From assembly GCF_009914755.1 (NCBI RefSeq), contig NC_060938.1: a stretch of DNA of 64,000 nucleotides; one strand, 5' to 3'. A program made the position numbers and the translations under genes. Source of the DNA: the human T2T-CHM13v2.0 reference genome, Homo sapiens. Each line of letters begins with the position of its first letter. Position 1 is the first letter of the stretch. Below, in pieces: positions 41,501-53,000 of the stretch. The notes beneath the pieces are model-generated. The model searched no databases and had not been told where the DNA came from. It saw nothing but the letters and a program-made list of their open reading frames with translations.

Positions 41501-44007
41501 AGAAAGATCCACCTCTGTTAGCTGAGTTCACACATCACAAACAAGTTTATGAGAATGCTTCTGTCTAGTTTTTATTTGAAGATATTTCCTTTCTCACCAT
41601 AGACCTGAAAGCTGTCCTAATGTTCACTTCCAGATACTACAGAAAGAGTGTTTCAAAACTGCTGTACGAAAGGGAATGTTCAACTCTGTGACTTGAATGC
41701 ACACATCACAAAGAAGTTTCTGAGGATGCTGCTGTCTACTTATTATACGTAATCCCGTTTCCAACGAAATCCTCCAAGCTATCCAAATATCCACTTGCAG
41801 ATTCCACAGAAAGACTCTTTCAAAACTGTTCTGTCAATAGAAAGGTTCAACTCTGTTAGCTGCGTGCATATATCCCAAAGAAGATTCTGAGATTGCTTCT
41901 GTCTAGTTTTTATGGAAGATATTTCCCTTTTCACCGTAGGCGTCAAGGCGCTCCAAATGTCCACTTCCAGATACTACAAAAAGAGTGTTTCAAACCTACT
42001 CTGTGAAAGGGAATATTCAACTCTGTGACTTGAATGCACATATCACAAAGAAGTTTCTGAGAATGCTTCTGTCGAGATTTTATATGAAGATATTCCCGTT
42101 TCCAACGAAATCCTGAAATCTATCCAAATATCCCCTCGCAGATTCTACAGAAAGAGTGTTTCAAAACTGCTCTGTAAAAAGAAAGGTTCAACTCTGTTAC
42201 TTGAGTACACACATCACAAACAAGTTTCACAGAATGCTTCTTTCTAGCTTGTAGGGGAAGATATTCCCTTTATCACCATGGGCCTCAAACCGTCCGAAAA
42301 GTCCACTTCCATATACTACAAAAAGAGCGTTTCAAACCTGCTCTAGGAAAGGCAATGTTCAACTCTGTGACTTGAATGCAGACATCACAGAGCAGTTTCT
42401 GAGAATGCTTCTGTCTAGATTTTATAGGAAGATATTCCCGTTTCCAAAGAAATCTTCACAGCTATCCAAATATCCACTTGCAGATTCTACAAAAAGAGTG
42501 TATCAAAACTGCTCTGTCAAAAGGAAGGTTCTTCTCTGTTAGGTGAGTGCATACGTCATAAAGCAGTTTCTGAGAATGTTTCTGTCTAGTGGTTATGGGA
42601 AGATATTTGCTTTTTCACCGTAGGCCTCAGAGCGGTCCAAATATCCACTTGCACATACTACAAAAAGAGTGCCTCAAAGCTGCTCTCTGAAACGGAATGT
42701 TCAACTCTATGAGTTGAATGCAAACATCACAAAGACGTTTCTGAGAATGCTTCTGTCTAGATTTGATATGAAGATATTCCCGTTTCCAACGAAATCTTCA
42801 AATCTATCCAAATGTCCACTTGCAGATTCAACAAAAAGTGTTTTTCAGAACTGCTCTATCAAAAGAAAGATCCACCTCTGTTAGCTGAGTTCACACATCA
42901 CAAACAAGTTTATGAGAATGCTTCTGTCTAGTTTTTATTTGAAGATATTTCCTTTCTCACCATAGAGCTGAAAGCTGTCCTAATGTTCACTTCCAGATAC
43001 TACAGAAAGAGTGTTTCAAAACTGCTGTACGAAAGGGAATGTTCAACTCTGTGACTTGAATGCACACATCACAAAGAAGTTTCTGAGGATGCTGCTGTCT
43101 ACTTTTTATACGTAATCCCGTTTCCAACGAAATCCTCCAAGCTATCCAAATATCCACTTGCAGATTCCACAGAAAGACTGTTTCAAAACTGCTCTGTCAA
43201 TAGAAAGGTTCAACTCTGTTAGCTGCGTGCATATATCCCAAAGAAGATTCTGAGATTGCTTCTGTCTAGTTTTTATGGGAAGATATTTCCCTTTTCACCG
43301 TAGGCATCAAGGCGCTCCAAATGTCCACTTCCAGATACTACAAAAGGAGTGTTTCAAACCTACTCTGTGAAAGGGAATATTCAACTCTGTGACTTGAATG
43401 CACATATCACAAAGAAGTTTCTGAGAATGCTTCTGTCGAGATTTTATATGAAGATATTCCCGTTTCCAACGAAATCCTGAAATCTATCCAAATATCCCCT
43501 CGCAGATTCTACAGAAAGAGTGTTTCAAAACTGCTCTGTAAAAAGAAAGGTTGAACTCTGTTAGTTGAGTACACACATCACAAACAAGTTTCACAGAATG
43601 CTTCTTTCTAGCTTGTAGGGGAAGATATTCCCTTTATCACCATGGGCCTCAAACCGTCCGAAACGTCCACTTCCATATACTACAAAGAGAGCGTTTCAAA
43701 CCTGCTCTAGGAAAGGCAATGTTCAACTCTGTGACTTGAATGCAGACATCACAGAGCAGTTTCTGAGAATGCTTCTGTCTAGATTTTATAGGAAGATATT
43801 CCCGTTTCCAACGAAATCTTCACAGCTATCTAAATATCCACTTGCAGATTCTACAAAAAGAGTGTATCAAAACTGCTCTGTCAAAAGGAAGGTTCTTCTC
43901 TGTTAGGTAAGTGCACACGTCATAAAGGAGTTTCTGAGAATGTTTCTGTCTAGTGGTTATGGGAAGATATTTGCTTTTTCACCGTAGGCCTCAGGGCGCT
44001 CCAAATG
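38554..44007. repeat. Tandem duplication of a 2-HOR unit (2 x 2727 bp)
   Basis: A shared 1-bp deletion (39187 and 41914) and several rare SNVs recur at offset 2727. Confidence 0.9.
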
Positions 44008-47000
44008 TCCACTTGCACATGCTACAAAAAGAGTGCCTCAAAGCTGCTCTCTGAAAGGGAATGTTCAACTCTATGAGTTGAATGCAAACATCACAAAGAC
44101 GTCTCTGAGAATGCTTCTGTCTAGATTTGATATGAAGATATTCCCGGTTCCAACGAAATCTTCAAATCTATCCAAATGTCCACTTGCAGATTCAACAAAA
44201 AGTGTTTTTCAGAACTGCTCTATCAAAAGAAAGATCCACCTCTGTTAGCTGAGTTCACACATCACAAACAAGTTTATGAGAATGCTTCTGTCTAGTTTTT
44301 ATTTGAAGATATTTCCTTTCTCACCATAGACCTGAAAGCTGTCCTAATGTTCACTTCCAGATACTACAGAAAGAGTGTTTCAAAACTGCTGTACGAAAGG
44401 GAATGTTCAACTCTGTGACTTGAATGCACACATCACAAAGAAGTTTCTGAGGATGCTGCTGTCTACTTTTTATATGTAATCCCGTTTCCAACGAAATCCT
44501 CCAAGCTATCCAAATATCCACTTGCAGATTCCACAGAAAGACTGTTTCAAAACTGCTCTGACAATAGAAAGGTTCAACTCTGTTAGCTGCGTGCATATAT
44601 CCCAAAGAAGATTCTGAGATTGCTTCTGTCTAGTTTTTATGGGAAGATATTTCCCTTTTCACCGTAGGCGTCAAGGCGCTCCAAATGTCCACTTCCAAAT
44701 ACTACAAAAAGAGTGTTTCAAACCTACTCTGTGAAAGGGAATATTCAACTCTGTGACTTGAATGCACATATCACAAAGAAGTTTCTGAGAATGCTTCTGT
44801 CGAGATTTTATATGAAGATATTCCCGTTTCCAACGAAATCCTGAAATCTATCCAAATATCCCCTCGCAGATTCTACAGAAAGAGTGTTTCAAAACTGCTC
44901 TGTAAAAAGAAAGGTTCAACTCTGTTACTTGAGTACACACATCACAAACAAGTTTCACAGAATGCTTCTTTCTAGCTTGTAGGGGAAGATATTCCCTTTA
45001 TCACCATGGGCCTCAAACCGTCCGAAACGTCCACTTCCATATACTACAAAAAGAGCGTTTCAAACCTGCTCTAGGAAAGGCAATGTTCAACTCTGTGACT
45101 TGAATGCAGACATCACAGAGCAGTTTCTGAGAATGCTTCTGTCTAGATTTTATAGGAAGATATTCCCGTTTCCAACGAAATCTTCACAGCTATCCAAATA
45201 TCCACTTGCAGATTCTACAAAAAGAGTGTATCAAAACTGCTCTGTCAAAAGGAAGGTTCTTCTCTGTTAGGTGAGTGCATACGTCATAAAGGAGTTTCTG
45301 AGAATGTTTCTGTCTAGTGGTTATGGGAAGATATTTGCTTTTTCACCGTAGGCCTCAGAGCGCTCCAAATATCCACTTGCACATACTACAAAAAGAGTGC
45401 CTCAAAGCTGCTCTCTGAAACGGAATGTTCAACTCTACGAGTTGAATGCAAACATCACAAAGACGTTTCTGAGAATGCTTCTGTCTAGATTTGATGTGAA
45501 GATATTCCCGTTTCCAACGAAATCTTCAAATCTATCCAAATGTCCACTTGCAGATTCAACAAAAAGTGTTTTTCAGAACTGCTCTATCAAAAGAAAGATC
45601 CATCTCTGGTAGCTGAGTTCACACATCACAAACAAGTTTATGAGAATGCTTCTGTCTAGTTTTTATTTGAAGATATTTCCTTTCTCACCATAGAGCTGAA
45701 AGCTGTCCTAATGTTCACTTCCAGATACTACAGAAAGAGTGTTTCAAAACTGCTGTACGAAAGGGAATGTTCAACTCTGTGACTTGAATGCACACATCAC
45801 AAAGAAGTTTCTGAGGATGCTGCTGTCTACTTATTATACGTAATCCCGTTTCCAACGAAATCCTCCAAGCTATCCAAATATCCACTTGCAGATTCCACAG
45901 AAAGACTGTTTCAAAACTGCTCTGTCAATAGAAAGGTTCAACTCTGTAAGCTGCGTGCATATATCCCAAAGAAGATTCTGAGATTGCTTCTGTCTAGTTT
46001 TTATGGGAAGATATTTCCCTTTTCACCGTAGGTGTCAAGGTGCTCCAAATGTCCACTTCCAGATACTACAAAAAGAGTGTTTCAAACCTACTCTGTGAAA
46101 GGGAATATTCAACTCTGTGACTTGAATGCACATATCACAAAGAAGTTTCTGAGAATGCTTCTGTCGAGATTTTATATGAAGATGTTCCCGTTTCCAACGA
46201 AACCCTGAAATCTATCCAAATATCCCCTCGCAGATTCTACAGAAAGAGTGTTTCAAAACTGCTCTGTAAAAAGAAAGGTTCAACTCTGTTACTTGAGTAC
46301 ACACATCACAAACAAGTTTCACAGAATGCTTCTTTCTAGCTTGTAGGGGAAGATATTCCCTTTATCACCATGGGCCTCAAACCGTCCGAAACGTCCACTT
46401 CCATATACTACAAAAAGAGCGTTTCAAACCTGCTCTAGGAAAGGCAATGTTCAACTCTGTGACTTGAATGCAGACATCACAGAGCAGTTTCTGAGAATGC
46501 TTCTGTCTAGATTTTATAGGAAGATATTCCCGTTTCCAACGAAATCTTCACAGCTATCCAAATATCCACTTGCTGATTCTACAAAAAGAGTGTATCAAAA
46601 CTGCTCTGTCAAAAGGAAGGTTCTTCTCTGTTAGGTGAGTGCATACGTCATAAAGCAGTTTCTGAGAATGTTTCTGTCTAGTGGTTATGGGAAGATATTT
46701 GCTTTTTCCCCGTAGGCCTCAGAGCGCTCCAAATATCCACTTGCACATACTACAAAAAGAGTGCCTCAAAGCTGCTCTCTGAAACGGAATGTTCAACTCT
46801 ATGAGTTGAATGCAAACATCACAAAGACGTTTCTGAGAATGCTTCTGTCTAGATTTGATATGAAGATATTCCCGTTTCCAACGAAATCTTCAAATCTATC
46901 CAAATGTCCACTTGCAGATTCAACAAAAAGTGTTTTTCAGAACTGCTCTATCAAAAGAAAGATCCACCTCTGTTAGCTGAGTTCACACATCACAAACAAG

Positions 47001-50000
47001 TTCATGAGAATGCTTCTGTCTAGTTTTTATTTGAAGATATTTCCTTTCTCACCATAGACCTGAAAGCTGTCCTAATGTTCACTTCCAGATACTACAGAAA
47101 GAGTGTTTCAAAACTGCTGTACGAAAGGGAATGTTCAACTCTGTGACTTGAATGCACACATCACAAAGAAGTTTCTGAGGATGCTGCTGTCTACTTTTTA
47201 TACGTAATCCCGTTTCCAACGAAATCCTCCAAGCTATCCAAATATCCACTTGCAGATTCCACAGAAAGACTGTTTCAAAACTGCTCTGTCAATAGAAAGG
47301 TTCAACTCTGTTAGCTGCGTGCATATATCCCAAAGAAGATTCTGAGATTGCTTCTGTCTAGTTTTTATGGGAAGATATTTCCCTTTTCACCGTAGGTGTC
47401 AAGGCGCTCCAAATGTCCACTTCCAGATACTACAAAAAGAGTGTTTCAAACCTACTCTGTGAAAGGGAATATTCAACTCTGTGACTTGAATGCACATATC
47501 ACAAAGAAGTTTCTGAGAATGCTTCTGTCGAGATTTTATATGAAGATATTCCCGTTTCCAACGAAATCCTGAAATCTATCCAAATATCCCCTCGCAGATT
47601 CTACAGAAAGAGTGTTTCAAAACTGCTCTGTAAAAAGAAAGGTTCAACTCTGTTAGTTGAGTACACACATCACAAACAAGTTTCACAGAATGCTTCTTTG
47701 TAGCTTGTAGGGGAAGATATTCCCTTTATCACCATGGGCCTCAAACCGTCCGAAACGTCCACTTCCATATACTACAAAAAGAGCGTTTCAAACCTGCTCT
47801 AGGAAAGGCAATGTTCAACTCTGTGACTTGAATGCAGACATCACAGAGCAGTTTCTGAGAATGCTTCTGTATAGATTTTATAGGAAGATATTCCCGTTTC
47901 CAACGAAATCTTCACAGCTATCCAAATATCCACTTGCAGATTCTACAAAAAGAGTGTATCAAAACTGCTCTGTCAAAAGGAAGGTTCTTCTCTGTTAGGT
48001 GAGTGCATACGTCATAAAGGAGTTTCTGAGAATGTTTCTGTCTAGTGGTTATGGGAAGATATTTGCTTTTTCACCGTAGGTCTCAGGGCGCTCCAAATGT
48101 CCACTTGCACATGCTACAAAAAGAGTGCTTCAAAGCTGCTCTCTGAAACGGAATGTTCAACTCTATGAGTTGAATGCAAACATCACAAAGACGTCTCTGA
48201 GAATGCTTCTGTCTAGATTTGATATGAAGATATTCCCGTTTCCAACGAAATCTTCAAATCTATCCAAATGTCCACTTGCAGATTCAACAAAAAGTGTTTT
48301 TCAGAACTGCTCTATCAAAAGAAAGATCCACCTCTGTTAGCTGAGTTCACACATCACAAACAGGTTTATGAGAATGCTTCTGTCTAATTTTTATTTGAAG
48401 ATATTTCCTTTCTCACCATAGACCTGAAAGCTGTCCTAATGTTCACTTCCAGATACTACAGAAAGAGTGTTTCAAAACTGCTGTACGAAAGGGAATGTTC
48501 AACTCTGTGACTTGAATGCACACATCACAAAGAAGTTTCTGAGGATGCTGCTGTCTACTTTTTATACGTAATCCCGTTTCCAATGAAATCCTCCAAGCTA
48601 TCCAAATATCCACTTGCAGATTCCACAGAAAGACTGTTTCAAAACTGCTCTGTCAATAGAAAGGTTCAACTCTGTTAGCTGCGTGCATATATCCCAAAGA
48701 AGATTCTGAGATTGCTTCTGTCTAGTTTTTATGGGAAGATATTTCCCTTTTCACTGTAGGCGTCAAGGCGCTAAAAATGTCCACTTCCAGATACTACAAA
48801 AAGAGTGTTTCAAACCTACTCTGTGAAAGGGAATATTCAACTCTGTGACTTGAATGCACATACCACAAAGAAGTTTCTGAGAATGCTTCTGTCGAGATTT
48901 TATATGAAGATATTCCCGTTTCCAACGAAATCCTGAAATCTATCCAAATATCCCCTCGCAGATTCTACAAAAAGAGTGTTTCAAAACTGCTCTGTAAAAA
49001 GAAAGGTTCAACTCTGTTAGTTGAGTGCACACATCACAAACAAGTTTCACAGAATGCTTCTTTCTAGCTTGCAGGGGAAGATATTCCCTTTATCACCATG
49101 GGCCTCAAACCAATCGAAACGTCCAATTCCATATACTACAAAAAGAGCGTTTCAAACCTGCTCTATGAAAGGCAATGTTCAACTCTGTGACTTGAATGCA
49201 GACATCACAGAGCAGTTTCTGAGAATGCTTCCGTCTAGATTTTATAGGAAGATATTCCCGTTTCCAACGAAATCTTCGCAGCTATCCAAATATCCACTTG
49301 CAGATTCTACAAAAAGAGTGTATCAAAACTGCTCTGTCAAAAGGAAGGTTCTTCTCTGTTAGGTGAGTGCATACGTCATAAAGGAGTTTCTGAGAATGTT
49401 TCTGTCTAGTGGTTATGGGAAGATATTTGCTTTTTCCCCGTAGGCCTCAGGGCGCTCCAAATGTCCACTTGCACATGCTACAAAAAGAGTACTTCAAAGC
49501 TGCTCTCTGAAAGGGAATGTTCAACTCTATGAGTTGAATGCAAACATCACAAAGACGTTTCTGAGAATTCTTCTGTCTAGATTTGATATGAAGATATTCC
49601 CGTTTCCAACGAAATCTTCAAATCTATCCAAATGTCCACTTGCAGATTCAACAAAAAGTGTTTTTCAAAACTGCTGTATCAAAAGAAAGATCCACCTCTG
49701 TTAGCTGAGTTCACACATCACAAACAAGTTTATGAGAATGCTTCTGTCTAGTTTTTATTTGAAGATATTTCCTTTCTCACCATAGAGGTGAAAGGTGTCC
49801 TAATGTTCACTTCCAGATACTACAGAAAGAGTGTTTCAAAACTGCTGTACGAAAGGGAATGTTCAACTCTGTGACTTGAATGCACACATCACAAAGAAGT
49901 TTCTGAGGATGCTGCTGTCTACTTTTTATACGTAATCCCGTTTCCAACGAAATCCTCCAAGCTATCCAAATATCCACTTGCAGATTCCACAGAAAGACTG

Positions 50001-53000
50001 TTTCAAAACTGCTCTGTCAATAGAAAGGTTCAACTCTGTTAGCTGCGTGCATATATCCCAAAGAAGATTCTGAGATTGCTTCTGTCTAGTTTTTATGGGA
50101 AGATATTTCCCTTTTCACCGTAGGCGTCAAGGCGCTCCAAATGTCCACTTCCAGATACTACAAAAAGAGTGTTTCAAACCTACTCTGTGAAAGGGAATAT
50201 TCAACTCTGTGACTTGAATGCACATATCACAAAGAAGTTTCTGAGAATGCTTCTGTCGAGATTTTCTATGAAGATATTCCCGTTTCCAACGAAATCCTGA
50301 AATCTATCCAAATATCCCCTCGCAGATTCTACAAAAAGAGTGTTTCAAAACTGCTCTGTAAAAAGAAAGGTTCAACTCTGTTAGTTGAGTACACACATCA
50401 CAAACAAGTTTCACAGAATGCTTCTTTCTAGCTTGTAGGGGAAGATATTCCCTTTATCACCATGGGCCTCAAACCGTACGAAACGTCCACTTCCATATAC
50501 TACAGAAAGAGCGTTTCAAACCTGCTCTAGGAAAGGCAATGTTCAACTCTGTGACTTGAATGCAGACATCACAGAGCAGTTTCTGAGAATGCTTCTGTCT
50601 AGATTTTATAGGAAGATATTCCCGTTTCCAACGAAATCTTCACAGCTATCCAAATATCCACTTGCAGATTCTACAAAAAGAGTGTATCAAAACTGCTCTG
50701 TCAAAAGGAAGGTTCTTCTCTGTTAGGTGAGTGCATACGTCATAAAGGAGTTTCTGACAATGTTTCTGTCTAGTGGTTATGGGAAGATATTTGCTTTTTC
50801 ACCGTAGGCCTCAGAGCGCTCCAAATATCCACTTGCACATACTACAAAAAGAGTGCCTCAAAGCTGCTCTCTGAAACGGAATGTTCAAATCTATGAGTTG
50901 AATGCAAACATCACAAAGACGTTTCTGAGAATGCTTCTGTCTAGATTTGATATGAAGATATTCCCGTTTCCAACGAAATCTTCAAATCTATCCAAATGTC
51001 CACTTGCAGATTCAACAAAAAGTGTTTTTCAGAACTGCTCTATCAAAAGAAAGATCCACCTCTGTTAGCTGAGTTCACACATCACAAACAAGTTTATGAG
51101 AATGCTTCTGTCTAGTTTTTATTTGAAGATATTTCCTTTCTCACCATAGAGCTGAAAGCTGTCCTAATGTTCACTTCCAGATACTACAGAAAGAGTGTTT
51201 CAAAACTGCTGTACGAAAGGGAATGTTCAACTCTGTGACTTGAATGCACACATCACAAAGAAGTTTCTGAGGATGCTGCTGTCTACTTTTTATACTTAAT
51301 CCCGTTTCCAACGAAATCCTCCAAGCTATCCAAATATCCACTTGCAGATTCCACAGAAAGACTGTTTCAAAACTGCTCTGTCAATAGAAAGGTTCAACTC
51401 TGTTAGCTGCGTGCATATATCCCAAAGAAGATTCTGAGATTGCTTCTGTCTAGTTTTTATGGGAAGATATTTCCCTTTTCACCGTAGGTGTCAAGGCGCT
51501 CCAAATGTCCACTTCCAGATACTACAAAAAGAGTGTTTCAAACCTACTCTGTGAAAGGGAATATTCAACTCTGTGACTTGAATGCACATATCACAAAGAA
51601 GTTTCTGAGAATGCTTCTGTCGAGATTTTATATGAAGATATTCCCGTTTCCAACGAAATCCTGAAATGTATCCAAATATCCCCTCGCAGATTCTACAAAA
51701 AGAGTGTTTCAAAACTGCTCTGTAAAAAGAAAGGTTCAACTCTGTTAGTTGAGTACACACATCACAAACAAGTTTCACAGAATGCTTCTTTCTAGCTTGT
51801 AGGGGAAGATATTCCCTTTATCACCATGGGCCTCAAACCGTCCGAAACATCCAGTTCCATATACTACAAAAAGAGCGTTTCAAACCTGCTCTATGAAAGG
51901 CAATGTTCAACTCTGTGACTTGAATGCAGACATCACAGAGCAGTTTCTGAGAATGCTTCTGTCTAGATTTTATAGGAAGATATTCCCGTTTCCAACGAAA
52001 TCTTCACAGCTATCCAAATATCCACTTGCAGATTCTACAAAAAGAGTGTATCAAAACTGCTCTGTCAAAAGGAAGGTTCTTCTCTGTTAGGTGAGTGCAT
52101 ACGTCATAAAGGAGTTTCTGACAATGTTTCTGTCTAGTGGTTATGGGAAGATATTTGCTTTTTCACCGTAGGCCTCAGAGCGCTCCAAATATCCACTTGC
52201 ACATACTACAAAAAGAGTGCCTCAAAGCTGCTCTCTGAAAGGGAATGTTCAACTCTATGAGTTGAATGCAAACATCACAAAGACGTTTCTGAGAATGCTT
52301 CTGTCTAGATTTGATATGAAGATATTCCCGTTTCCAACGAAATCTTCAAATCTATCCAAATGTCCACTTGCAGATTCAACAAAAAGTGTTTTTCAGAACT
52401 GCTCTATCAAAAGAAAGATCCACCTCTGTTACCTGAGTTCACACATCACAAACAAGTTTATGAGAATGCTTCTGTCTAGTTTTTATTTGAAGATATTTCC
52501 TTTCTCACCATAGAGCTGAAAGCTGTCCTAATGTTCACTTCCAGATACTACAGAAAGAGTGTTTCAAAACTGCTGTACGAAAGGGAATGTTCAACTCTGT
52601 GACTTGAATGCACACATCACAAAGAAGTTTCTGAGGATGCTGCTGTCTACTTTTTATACGTAATCCCGTTTCCAACGAAATCCTCCAAGCTATCCAAATA
52701 TCCACTTGCAGATTCCACAGAAAGACTGTTTCAAAACTGCTCTGTCAATAGAAAGGTTCAACTCTGTTAGCTGCGTGCATATATCCCAAAGAAGATTCTG
52801 AGATTGCTTCTGTCTAGTTTTTATGGGAAGATATTTCCCTTTTCACCGTAGGTGTCAAGGCGCTCCAAATGTCCACTTCCAGATACTACAAAAAGAGTGT
52901 TTCAAACCTACTCTGTGAAAGGGAATATTCAACTCTGTGACTTGAATGCACATATCACAAAGAAGTTTCTGAGAATGCTTCTGTCGAGATTTTATATGAA

